Source: Octopus vulgaris (lineage: Eukaryota). From it: DNA of 64,000 bases. The notes under the pieces were generated by a model that saw nothing but the letters and a program-made list of their open reading frames with translations, searched no databases and had not been told where the DNA came from. The stretch covers positions 41,974,001-42,038,000 of the forward strand of contig OX597827.1 in NCBI GenBank assembly GCA_951406725.2, given 5' to 3'. Of the stretch, positions 41,400-54,259 are shown piece after piece. Made by a program: the position numbers and the translations under genes. The stretch's first letter is position 1. Each line of letters starts with the position of its first letter.

Positions 41400-42660
41400 C
41401 AACAATGAGGCAATAAACCTTTTAGCCGGACTGAGACACCAAGTCTCTTCAATCATCCCTATCAATTTTCTTGCCGCCTTAAGGCAATCTCTCAGCCGAA
41501 AGTCGGGGCACCAAAAGATATAATTGTAATCTTCCTTCGAACAGGACTCCACTATTCAAAGGAACTCTCTTTCTTTTACCACCAGCGCCGCCACCTGCGA
41601 CGGCCAATGCTGCTGATCAGTACAGGCCGAGATCATTAGGTCCTGACCATCAAGATAGCTCTCAACAGAGTTGTCAACAACCTCTCCCCTAAAATAGAAT
41701 ACCACATATTCTTTACTTTCACTGGGAGGGGCCACAGCTCCCTCTGTTGGTGACACGATTCAAACCGAAGAGGCCTCAGAACATTCCGACAGTACACTGC
41801 ATACCTCCGGCACTGTTCCATTCTTTTTTATCTTTGGTGCGGGAGAGGTTGGCTCCTTCGCCATAACGGCAGGAACCTCGCTTCCTCCCGCAACCCCGGG
41901 ATCCCTCGGAGAGCAACCATTGTTTCTCCCCTTATTCCTTTTTCTTCCCTTTTTTCGAGCGAGGTCACACTCTCCTCCCATCTCTCCTTCCGGAGGAGGG
42001 TAGGGGTTCTTCCACAACTAACTGCTCCAGGAGCCTGATCTGGTCCTTGGGACAGTTCTTCTTAATGTGGCCGGGCTCCAGGCACTGATGACACTGGGTG
42101 AGGGCGTCCCTCAAGAATCACTGGATACCTGGACCCGGCCATCCTCAAAAAATCTGGGAACACCAGATCATCGGTTGATTGGGTCCACAGGGTCAAAACT
42201 GCCTTTGACCCCACCCAATTAGCCGCAGGCATCATTTAACATTCAAGACCTTGGCTCCGCTGTCATCCAGACCCCGGCGGATAGTATCCTCTATCCACTT
42301 GGGCTTTATTCCGGATGGCAGCTCACACATCCAAGCTCTCGTCAATTTCCTCCCATGATATGTGGGCAGAAACAGAATTTCCTCCCCTTCCAGAGACTGG
42401 CTTGCGTTTTTGCGAGTCTGCCCCTCAGGAGTAACAAATAGCAGCCACACTGCTGCATATTTGACACCCCTTGTAATAAACTTGATGGTTGGCAGGTATT
42501 CTGCCAACTCCTTCTCAATATCTACTTGAAAGAACACAGTGATGGTGTCGAAGGTTTTGGAATATGTCCTCAACACCACCGTTCTCTCATTAAGGTCCTT
42601 TACCCACTGATTGGGGGGCATAATTTCCCACTCCAAGACAGTGTTTTTATTTTTTGCTAT
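41400..42660 (-). pseudogene. Disrupted ORF1p-like protein with intact CCHC zinc knuckle
   Basis: start ATG>ATA at 42660; LEWEIM...ERTVVLRTYS...WIEDTIRRGL; CHQCLEPGHIKKNC (CX2CX4HX4C) at ~42052-42093; stops and frameshifts. Confidence 0.8.
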
Positions 42661-43279
42661 GCTTTGCAAAAAAAAAAAAAAAACGCAGGAAAATGTTCAA
42701 CAAAAAAGTTCGAAATATTCAAATAAAAGTCCGAAGAAACACAACGAAAGAACAGAAAGACAGAGCAGAGAAAAGGACGAAGGAAGACATTTCCAGCAGG
42801 GCAACAGAATTCCGCCACTTAGATCCGCAAATAATCCACAGGTAATCCTCCAGAATATTGCTTCACACAGCTACTCCAGTTCAATGTAGTAGCAAAAAAA
42901 AAATTCCTTCACGAATGGGTCGAATTTTTATAAACTTTTCAAAGTTTGGTAGCGAGACACGCCAACCAAAACAAAACAATTATCATCGCTAAGTGAGTTA
43001 CCGAGCGCGACTGCAGCAGACAAACGTTCGAGACCCAGTGGGGATTTCTTATATGAAAAAAGGAAAAACAATGTCATACAAGAAATTCCCCAATAAGTCC
43101 TTAAAAAAAAAGTGCGTACCTTGCAATCACACCTCTTCAACAGTTCTTCGATTCAAAACGGCCATCAACGCACGTCTTGACTGTTCAATCCGATAAGCAA
43201 CTAACAAACACGCATGCGCGTAAGTGAGCTACTTACCACGCAGTCACTCCTACGCCTATATGCGTACATTTATATATTA

Positions 43280-43663
43280 CTAGCAGTATCGCCCGGCGTT
43301 GCTCAGGTTTGTAAGGGAAATAACTATAAAGCATTTTTAGAGAGTTATAGCCAAAAAATAGCAAAAAAATGGAAAAAAAATGATGGTAAATTTTTTTTGA
43401 GAGTTAAAAAAGCTGGAGTTGCGTCCCCATGACGGTCTGTGGTTTGGGTTTCTGATTCTCGACCCCATGTCGAATTTATCGATTTTTTTCAGAACTGGGG
43501 GAACTTTTCAAAATTTTCGCTGCGTTAGTTTTGAATTATGACATTGGGCTATGTGTGTGTCAAGTTTCATCAGAATCGGTTGAAAGCCGTGGTCAGAGTG
43601 AGGGTACGAGAAAACAGACACACAGAAAACGCACAGACAAACTGCCGTTTATATATAGAGAGA
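43280..43663 (-). mobile_element. Non-autonomous Helitron (~384 bp)
   Basis: minus strand A|TCTCTCTATATATAAACGG...cctgagcaacgccgggcgatactgCTAG|T: 5' TC, subterminal hairpin, 3' CTAG, AT target. Confidence 0.85.
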
Positions 43664-44099
43664 TACTGGTGATATACAATACACCATATAATATAGTCGC
43701 AGCGTTTAAAAGCTCAATTATTAAATATATCTTAAAATTGCAACATGTATTTCTGGACATTGTGATAAGGTTTTCTACTTTAGTTACAAGGCTTGCAATT
43801 TTAGTGTAATGGCTTTAATCGATTACATCGACGCCATTAATTGACTAGGGGCATCTAGAGACAAAACTCCAATAGCAATGCGAACATAAATAATTCTTTC
43901 TGTTATAGGCACGAAACCCGAAAGTTTGGGGAAGAATTATTGCCGCGCATGTTTACCGCACAGTGGCATACATCCGCTACACGAATACATGTTGGTACAA
44001 GGGACATGCTCAACTGGCTAAGGTCAAACAACTGACAAGCAAATCTGTGGTATTGTGCAGAATATTTGCTGTAGCCCATCTTTTATAGCAAGACAAAGC

Positions 44100-44115
44100 A
44101 TTATTGTTGTTGTTG

Positions 44116-44162
<47 letters not shown>

Positions 44163-44280
44163 GTTATTGTTATCATTATTATTGTCGTTATTATTATTAT
44201 TGTTGTTTTTGTAGTTGTTTTTATTGTTATTATTATTATTATCATCATCATCATTATTATTATCATGATGATTATTATTA

Positions 44281-44356
<76 letters not shown>

Positions 44357-44370
44357 CATCATTATTATTA
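44100..44370. repeat. (ATT)n/(GTT)n trinucleotide microsatellite
   Basis: directly visible. Confidence 0.95.
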
Positions 44371-44560
44371 AGTCGAAGAGCTGGCAGAATCGATAACTCG
44401 CCGGAGAAAATGCTTTGCATCATTTCTTCTGGCACTTTAGGTTCTAAGTTCAAATGATGCCAAGATCAACTTTTGTCTTTCACCCTTTCAGGATCGAGAA
44501 GAATATGTACCAGTCGAACGCCCCCCCAAATTTCAAGCTTTGTGCCTATAGTACAAAGTG
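44370..44560 (+). mobile_element. SINE-A, diverged
   Basis: gagctggcagaatcg...ctttcaccctttcaggatcgag...gtaccagt. Confidence 0.65.
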
Positions 44561-44683
44561 TATTTTGAAATAAGCAGAATTCACATGGATTTCTTTATAC
44601 ACTTATAGTTAGTACTTAGTAACCACTTTAGAAATTAGTGAGGTCTCCTTCTCTCTGTCTCTGTCTCTGTCTGTCTGTCTCTT

Positions 44684-44759
<76 letters not shown>

Positions 44760-45485
44760 GCACACGTACCGACTGAAACGAAGCACTACTCCCACGTCTA
44801 TTGTGCATAACAATGAATAATTTTTTGAATATTCATTTTTCTTTAACGTTGAAATTTTCTGAGATTCACTTGTCTAGGTAAATGGACAATAGCATACGTG
44901 ATTATTATTTTGTATTAAACTAAGAAACGTTTAATTAATTAATTAATATTATTACATTATTACCGTCTCTAGTATTAAGAAGAACGCCTTTCTTCTAAGT
45001 GATCAATACTGGACAAAAACAAAGCGGATGGCAACACCGAAATTAGATTACACATACACGTGCATACAAACATACAGATTTACGCACACGTGTATACGTA
45101 TATATGTCTATATATTCATGTATGTACGTGTGTGTATATATATATGTATGCGTGTATATATTCATGTATGTACGTGTATGTGTGTATATATATGTGTATA
45201 CATATATATATATATATACACATATATATATATAAAAGTGCATACATATACGTATGTATGTATATATGTATGTATGTATGTATGTATACACACACGCACA
45301 TATATATGAGCTTATATTCATCTATATATTTTTGTTTCTCTATATACATGCACGTATACCATCACACAGGCACTCAAATATACATATGTATATACACATA
45401 TAGATATATATATATTTATATATATACATATCCATCCAAACATATGTATATATATATATAAATATATACATATGTATGTATACAT

Positions 45486-45517
<32 letters not shown>

Positions 45518-46295
45518 GTATATATATGTGTGTGTATGTATATATATGTGTGTGGATGTAGCATATACGAAGCTATGTAATCTCCATTAATATTACACAC
45601 CCAGGAATGAGAACAATAATTTTCTAAATGACAAATTTTGATCAAAGGCTGTGGAAAACAGTTTAATTTGTTGAAAATATAATTCAAGTAATTAGAATTA
45701 ATTAACTATAAAACGTAATAGAAAAAGAGTCTGTTGTTTAGCATTGCAGTCAAAATTGTGTACACGTTTCAGTTTTATTGTAGCTTTTCAGTAAAGAATA
45801 CTTTTGTCGATATATCAGATTTTAGATTTACAAAAATAAGAAAAAAATTCATGTATAGTAAACCCTTTGATAAACAGTGATATGACCAGGGAAACTATCC
45901 AGGGAAGTCCACTGAGCGGAAACGTAATAGTAAAGTGCGTGCTATCCTACTTAACGCACTAAATTAAATTGTTTCTGAATAATTAATGTTTTAGACCGTC
46001 TGTAGAATATTAGTGTGTGACCTAATTAGTAGATTATATCGAGTATCTGACAATGTCCCTGATACATGATGCCCAACTTTGGCCTGACTTCACCCAAGTG
46101 TGCTGCTTAGTGCAACAGGATCTGTGTCACATGAACGGCGATTATACACACACACGTACATACATATACATACGTTCGTTCATACATACATACATACATA
46201 CATACATACATACATACACACACACATACATACATACATACATACATACATACATACATACATACATACATACATACATACATACATACATACAT

Positions 46296-46843
46296 GGTGG
46301 CTGACCCCTCGTTATCGAGTATGGCCATTGCACGAAGTTTAATCAATGTTGTTATCGTGCAATGCCTATGCAAGACTTTTTTTAAAGTAAGAAAGACTGT
46401 GCACTGAATCAATCTCACTCACTAAGCAACAGCAGTCATAATCCGAAAAGAAGAACAAGTCAACATCATCGGTAACCACTGAGCCGTAGGTTTTATGTCG
46501 GAGTTATTCCAGTTACCTGAGTTAGCATCTCCTAGAAGGATGCCCTAACAAAGGCTAGGAGTCCTTCACTCCCAATGGTTTAACCGCGCGATCGAGTATT
46601 CAGCCCGATTATTTCTATATCCCCACGCATGATACAGCCTTAAGACATTTATTGGATGGCCGTTGACTCTCAAGAGTTCCTCCGCCCTTTAATGGGTTTT
46701 GTTTTTCATCCTGCAGGGTGTCCAATAAACACCTCCTCACCAAGCAAGCTAGGTGGGGTTACCGGTTTAGTCGCCGACGACCCGACCATGCAACAGGTTG
46801 TACTGGGTTACATGTTACCAGTAGCACTCGAAAGTGACCTAAC
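46296..46843 (-). mobile_element. Probable RTE-like LINE 5'UTR fragment within (CATA)n
   Basis: higher-GC ~550-bp block flanked by (CATA)n; motifs such as cgactaaaccggtaaccccacc and ttctaggagatg recall RTE 5' regions (recollection only). Confidence 0.35.
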
Positions 46844-47256
46844 ATACATACATACATACATAGATATATACATACATACGTACATACATACATACATACA
46901 TACATACATACATACATACATACATACATACATACATACATACATACACTGAAACGATACAGCCTCTGAAATCATTACTAAAAGCACTGGCATTGAGGAA
47001 CTCTGCCAAGTACTGAGCATCGATGTTGTGGACAGTTTTTGTTAATGCAAGTAGGTCAAAGTTCCCCCGAAGTCAGGTTTTAGTGACCACTCTTTTTCCA
47101 ATGGATCGCCCGAAGTTGAAGTTGTCGTAGAAAGCTATTCTGCGAATTAGTAAAGCTTTGCGTGCTGCTGAGCCTAAAAGTGAAGACAGAATCCAATCAT
47201 CTAATCTCTTTGCGTGCATTTTGGCCAAAATCTGATAGTAAACATTCAGCAAGGCC

Positions 47257-47515
47257 GTGGAGATGCGTGGCTTAGTGGATAGTGAGTGGGATGCATGATC
47301 TTTAGATAACAGTTTCGATTCCTGGACCAGGTGACGCGTTGTATTCTTGAGCGAAATACTATATAAAACGTTGTTCCAGTCCATTCAGCAGGCAAAAATG
47401 AGTATTCCTACCACGGACCGGCGTCCTGTCCAGGTGAGGCATTTATACGTCATGAAACCGACAAGCCAGCCCTCATGAGTCGGTATGATTCGAGATGGTA
47501 ATTTTACCTTTACCT
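47257..47515 (+). mobile_element. CORE-type SINE related to 37468-37710
   Basis: gtggagatgcgtggcttagtgg...ggaccggcgtcctgtccagg. Confidence 0.7.
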
Positions 47516-47939
47516 TTGCCAGGCAACGCGTTTTCTGGAGCAAAACACTGTTTGAGGTTTCTCCGGTCTAGTTACCTGGTAAAAACGTGTTATCCTGCGA
47601 CGGGTTGGCTTTCCTTCAAGGGGTGAATATATGCGTCATGGAAACCGGGAAACGAACCCTATGAGTTTATAAGACTCGGAAAAGATTTTTATCCCATTTA
47701 TCCTTCTTCAGACAGGACGGAAGTGTTGATGCTATTTCTTAGTTCGCGTATTTGTCCCCTTGCATAACCACCTCCTAGTTAACATCTTGGAATATTTTTC
47801 CTTTGCTGTTTTGAGAGACGTCTTCCATGATTGAAGCGAATGGGTCTGACATGCATCCTAAATCTCAAACCATCCAATCTATGCATGAAATCTTACAGTC
47901 AATCATATTCCTGATGTTATGGTTATTATTACTGCTTTT

Positions 47940-48311
47940 GTGGAGGCGCAATGGCCCAGTGGTTAGGGCAGCGGACTCGCGGTTTCGATTCCCAGACCTG
48001 GCGTTGTGAGTGATTATTGAGCGAAAACACCTAAAAGCTTCACGAGGCTCCGGCAGGGGATGGTGGTGATCCCTGCTGTACTCTTTCACCACAACTTTCT
48101 CTCACTCTCACTTCCTGTTTCTGTTGTACCTGTATTTCAAGGGACCGGCCTTGTCACTCTCTGTGTCACGCTGAATATCCCCGAGAACTACGTTAAGAGT
48201 GTACGTGTCTGTGGAGTGCTCAGCCACTTACACGTTAATTTCACGAGCAGGCTGTTCCGTTGATTCGGATCAACCGGAACCCTCATCGTCGTAACCGACG
48301 GAGTGCTTCCA
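47940..48311 (+). mobile_element. SINE family B, full length
   Basis: tggaggcgcaatggcccagtggttaggg...accgacggagtgcttcca. Confidence 0.85.
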
Positions 48312-48667
48312 CATATTACTGCTTTTGTTGCCGTTTTTGGTTTCGTTGTAATGCACATGTTGCTTCTGTCGAGTTGATGTTGTTGCTATGCTTGCGGCAT
48401 TGATAATAATGTGACACGAAACTGTCTTGACTCCTGTGGCAGGAGAACAAAAAAGGCTGTCAGGGGACAAGTGCTACCTCATGTGTGACATTTAGTCCTA
48501 CTCTCAACTCTAACGTGCATCTGGGTGAGGTTTGGAGGAAATCTGTATTAAAAGGGATCTTGGGCAAATATTCCATTTGTACATGGATAAGAACTTCCAC
48601 GCCATCTCCGAAAGTTCTTCTGATGCTATTTTTTTACATCGAGGCTTGACTTCCCCTATCATAACAC

Positions 48668-48845
48668 ATGATCTAGTCACATATTTCAAAAAATATATTT
48701 TATTTATGATTTGGTTTATGTCTATCATTGTTTGAATTAGATAATAGTGGTTTTTCTCTAATTTATATATATTATATATTCATATTGTGAAATTTGATTT
48801 AATACTAAATTGAATTTTTCCCTGTAAGTTTGGAGTTATACTCCC

Positions 48846-48879
<34 letters not shown>

Positions 48880-49267
48880 GCTGTGTGGTAAGTAGCTTGT
48901 TTACCAACCACATGGTTCCGGGTTCAGTCCCACTGCGTGGCACCTTGGGCAAGTGTCTTCTACTATAGCCTCGGGCCGACCAAAGCCTTGTGAGTGGATT
49001 TGGTAGACGGAAACTGAAAGAAGCCCGTCGTATATATGTATATATATGTACGTGCGTGTATGTTTGTGTGTCTGTGTTTGTCCCCCTAGCATTGCTTGAC
49101 AACCGATGCTGGTGTGTTTATGTCCCATCACTTAGCGGTTCGGCAAAAGAAACCGATAGAATAAGTACTGGTCTTACAAAGAATAAGTCCCGGGGTCGAG
49201 TTGCTCGATTAAAGGCGGTGCTCCAGCATGGCCGCAGTCATAATGACTGAAACAAGTAAAAAGAGAA

Positions 49268-49300
<33 letters not shown>

Positions 49301-49315
49301 ATTTAGGGTAGCTAC
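48668..49315 (+). repeat. AT-rich dispersed repeat (also at 56027-56430) containing a SINE-C at 48878-49265
   Basis: ttggtttatgtctatcattg...cctgtaagtttggagttatactc and taaaattataa.ttagggtagctac are shared with 56027-56430. Confidence 0.8.
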
Positions 49316-50040
49316 TTCAGGTGACACATCCAGCACCTTCCTCTTCTTCAGGGAACTGTGCAATGATTCTGTGTATGTTCTTGGAAACAGATCTTTCTCC
49401 AACTGTCCCACATTGCATCGCACGAGTGACAAATCTCCAATCTGGAGTCATCGATAGCTGCAGATTCCTCGTAAACATTTCGTTAAATGAATGTACGTAT
49501 CTGTATGTGAGAGGACGAAAGAAAGATAAAAACAGAAAGAGGGTGGTAGAGAGCCGAAGTAAGAGGGTCAGAGAAAGAGAGGAATGTAGATTTCTCTATA
49601 TATGGCTGTGTTTATATAAATAACGAGTGGTTATCTGCGTGAGTGCGTTTGTAAATGTGGCTGTGTATGTGGTATGTAGGCGTGCGAGTGTATACAAAAT
49701 GAATGTAAAGTGCTGATAGAATGATTTAGTATTCACAGTGCATCACTTAACGTTTTAATGAGGTTAATATTCTGTCAGCTCTGAATATTAGGTTAAATAC
49801 AGACATATCAAACCACAGACAAGCATACATACCATAATATTTTTCTCGCTGACACACGCACTTACATACACACACACATACACACACACACACACAAACA
49901 GATGCGCATACATACATACACACACGCGTGCACACAAACACCCGCAGGTTGCCACGCACACTCACACACACACACACACATGTATATGCAAACTCGCCAC
50001 GTAAACATTTGTATCTATATCTCTCGCTTTCTCCCCACCC

Positions 50041-50072
<32 letters not shown>

Positions 50073-50247
50073 GTGCGTGTGTGTGTAAGTATGTGTGTGT
50101 GTTATCTATAGGCGTGTATGATGCATACATACATATACATGCGTATTTATATATAAATACACACACATATATATAAATGTATATATATATATACACAGAT
50201 ATACACATATATGTGTATATACATAGATATACATATATATGTATATA

Positions 50248-50303
<56 letters not shown>

Positions 50304-50475
50304 TATATGTACATATACATACATATATATACATATGTATGTATGTATATACATATATATGTGTGTATGCGAATAAATATATGCGTATATGTAAATACTT
50401 GCATACATACTCAGAAACATACATATAAACTACTTATATGAACTTGAATATCTATCTATATATAATATAGTATGA

Positions 50476-50540
<65 letters not shown>

Positions 50541-50558
50541 TATATATATGTTTGTATA

Positions 50559-50589
<31 letters not shown>

Positions 50590-50673
50590 CTATACGTATG
50601 TGTATGTGTAGGAAATTGTTATTCTTTCAATGTTTGTTGAACTTCTTATTAATTCTGAAGTAGTAGTAGTAGT

Positions 50674-50740
<67 letters not shown>

Positions 50741-51364
50741 ATGCCGGCTGTTGTTGTTGTTGTTATTGTTGCTTCCATTTTGCTTTGTTGATTCTCCTCT
50801 TGTTAGCGATTCAGTTAATACTGCTGCTGATGCTGATGCTGTTGCTGTTGTTGCTGATGCACGCTCCTGCCACCCCTGCTGTACCTGCTGCTGTTGATGG
50901 CAATGCTGTTGTTATTGCTATCGTTATTGTTGTCGTTGTTGTTGTTGCTAATAACTGAATTACATCCGCATCAACATAAACCTCAACTTGAAGTAGAAAT
51001 ATGGAAAGGTTATTAACATTGAAATAATAAAACGCACTCCACTCTCCTTTCTCTCTTCTCTCTCTCTCCTTCCTCTCCCCTTATCTCCTTCCTCTCCCCT
51101 TCTCCCTCCTCCTCCTCGTCCCCCACCTCCAACTTTCCCTTTTGTCTTCATTTATTTTTTGTATATTTTTCTGTATTTATTTCTTGAAAATTATTTATAT
51201 TAATTCTTCTCGCATGATGTTTGTTTTTGTGTTTTCCAAAATTTTATTAATATTATTTTATATTATTTATTTTTGCCGTTTTTTTGGGGTGTTTTCTTCA
51301 TTTTATTGTCGTCATTATTAATCAGGTCTTCGTGCAGTCACGTTTTAATTATATATTTATATAC

Positions 51365-51400
<36 letters not shown>

Positions 51401-51454
51401 GCACGTATATATGCATATATATATACATATATATGTATATACGAATATATATTT

Positions 51455-51495
<41 letters not shown>

Positions 51496-51628
51496 AACAC
51501 ACATACATATATATATGTATGTATGTGTCTATATATTTATATGCATACATACATACTTATATATTTATATATATATATGTACAATATATACATACACATA
51601 AATAAATATATTTAGATTTATGTATTTT

Positions 51629-51693
<65 letters not shown>

Positions 51694-52070
51694 GTGCACT
51701 CCTGTACACATACACATACGCTCGCGTGCACACACAAATACACGCAGACACACACACGCACGCACGCATATATATATATATATATGTTTCCATATGTACT
51801 TACTTATCTATTTATTCATGTACTTAAATCTTCATATCTGTGTGTAATTAATAATTCATTCTGATACAGTAATTTACGTTCGACTGTACCGAAGATCACA
51901 TTCTTTTAGATCTTAATTAGATCTCTAAGAGTTATATGTAGGTGTCAAACCGAGATTGGTTCTTCTATTGTTGTCAATTGTCAAGTCACAATCTCCAGAT
52001 ACTGAACGTATGGGGGAGCATAAAGAAGATTTATGTGTGTACGTACTATGCACTTATGCTTGCATGTATG

Positions 52071-52102
<32 letters not shown>

Positions 52103-52230
52103 TGTATGTATGTATGTATGTATGTATGTATGTATATGCGTGTATATACGTATGTATGTATGTGTGTATGTATGTATGTATGTATGTATGTATGTATGTA
52201 TGTATGTATGTATGTATGTATGTATGTATG

Positions 52231-52264
<34 letters not shown>

Positions 52265-52268
<4 letters not shown>

Positions 52269-52456
52269 GTTTCAGTAATTTGTTTGCGGCCATGCCGGAG
52301 CGCCGCCTCCCAGGCTTTTAGTCAAAGAAATCGACTACAGATTTTTTCTTAGCCTAGTACTTATTCTATCGGGTCCTTTTGCCGAACCGCTAAGTTACGA
52401 AATTTTAAGCACACCAGCATTGATTGTCAGGCGATAGCGCGGGTACACACACACAC

Positions 52457-52504
<48 letters not shown>

Positions 52505-52668
52505 TTTACACGAGGGGCCTTCATCTAGTTCCCGTCTACCAAAGCCACTCACAAGGGTTTCGTCGGACCGAGGCTATAGCGAAAGGCACTTGCTCAAGGT
52601 GCCACAGAGTAAGACTGAACTCGGAACAATCTGGTTGGGAAGCAAGCTTCTTGCCACACAGCCACGTC
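52265..52668 (-). mobile_element. SINE-C, diverged
   Basis: tail, body and head. Confidence 0.75.
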
Positions 52669-52819
52669 TGTTTGCATGTCAGAGCCAACGTGATTTTACA
52701 GAATGTACTCTTTCAAACATTAAACAATTAAGCAATTTTAATGACTAAATTCAAGCTATCTGCGTTCCGAAAAATTGTTCTCCCGTACATCCCGTAGTTA
52801 GGCATCTTCGAATATAAAT

Positions 52820-53236
52820 ACTCTTTACTCTTCTCTTTTACTTGGTTCAGTTATTTGGCTGTGGCCATGCTGGAGCACCGCCTTTAGTCGAGCAAATCCA
52901 CCCCAGGACTTATTCTTTGTAAGCTTAGTACTTATTCTGTCGGTGTCTTTTGCCGAACCGCTAAGTTACGGGGACGTAAACACACCAGCATCGGTTGTCA
53001 AGCGATGTTGTGGGGGACAAACACAGGCACACAAACATGTACACACATACATACATATATGCATATATATACATATATACAACAGGCCTCTTTCAGTTTC
53101 CGTCTACCAAATCCACTCACAAGGCTTTGGTTGGCCCGAGGCTTTAGTAGAAGATACTTGTCCAAGGTGCCACGCAGTGGGACTGAACCCGGAGCCATAT
53201 GGTTCGCAAGCAAGCTACTTACCACACAGCCACTCC
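52820..53236 (-). mobile_element. SINE-C, full length
   Basis: near consensus. Confidence 0.85.
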
Positions 53237-53661
53237 AAAATAAAAAAGAGAGAAAAACAAATGGCTATGCCATGAAGTACCATGCATACTTAATCCATAT
53301 GAACACATGTATACATTCTAAGAGTATTTTGAATTCGTCGTGTTGCCAATAGAAGAAACTCTAGAGTCAACAATTTTCTGTTATCTGCCCTACACACACA
53401 CACACACACACGCCGGCACGCACACACATTTATAAATATATATGTGTGTGTGTGTTCGAATATCCCCCAAGCATGTACGAACTGCTAATAAGTTTGTATT
53501 TATACAAATGATTGCTTAGCGCTGTGATATATATATATATATATATATATCTATATATATATATATATATATTAACATTTAATGTAGGATAAATTTTTCG
53601 AAAAAAATTCTACCAATGGCCAGCATATTAAAAAATACCTTTAAAGGTTAAATTTATAAAC

Positions 53662-54013
53662 AATTTATAAGTAAGGGCAAAAGAAAAAATTTCTAATGCC
53701 AAAATATGCCGAAAATAGACAACGTCAATAACCATGCAAATTATCACTACAAGCACGCGTCTCGAAGAAAGCCGTCAGAAATTTCTAAAAAATCCCGTTA
53801 ATACCATATCGGACTCGATTTCAGAGTTAGTAGGGAAGGTTCTTATGAACTAACTCTGAAACCGGGTCCGATATGGTAATAACGGGATATTTTAGAAATT
53901 TCTGACGGCTTTCTTCGAGACGCGTGCTTGTAGTGATAATTTGCATGGTTATTGACGTTGTGTCTATTTTCGGCATATTTTGGCATTAGAAATTTTTTCT
54001 TTTGCCCTTACCT

Positions 54014-54020
<7 letters not shown>
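53662..54020. repeat. Long near-perfect inverted repeat (~170-bp arms, 17-nt loop) between (TA)n tracts
   Basis: 53662-53831 is the reverse complement of 53849-54020. Confidence 0.92.
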
Positions 54021-54096
<76 letters not shown>

Positions 54097-54198
54097 GGAG
54101 AAATGGCAAGACAACAAAAGAATGAAAGAGACCTTGATATTATGTAAATAGAGGAATTTATCTGCAAATATAATACGCGACAATTATTCCGTAGCCAT

Positions 54199-54259
54199 GA
54201 TAAAACTCCGAGTTTCGGATGTCGGGGCGGAAACCCACGCCACCATCTCTTCAGTTATC
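54199..54259 (-). ncRNA. Hammerhead-like motif (slightly degenerate)
   Basis: gataa-CTGAAGA-gatg...catc-c-GAAA-ctcggag-TT-ttatc. Confidence 0.5.

Larger units (their letters stand above)
40818..43220 (-). mobile_element. ORF1-only non-LTR retroelement (HAL1/Tx1-like), copy 2, with a nested SINE-C in its 3'UTR
   Basis: TSD taagcaagctactt (40804-40817) / taagtgagctactt (43221-43234); 5'UTR, ORF and 3' end (ccagcccgcaa...ggcaaattt) homologous to copy 1. Confidence 0.85.
40468..43258 (-). mobile_element. Host SINE-C split by an insertion (body 40468-40817, head 43221-43258)
   Basis: ...accatgtggttcataagcaagctactt | insert | taagtgagctacttaccacgcagtcactcctacgccta. Confidence 0.88.

Noticed and set aside
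44010-44453. Poly-Asn / poly-Ile ORFs
   Set aside because: (ATT)n microsatellite next to a SINE-A.
47940-48010. tRNA-like sequence with A and B boxes
   Set aside because: Head of a multi-copy SINE continuing into a shared body; no complete cloverleaf.
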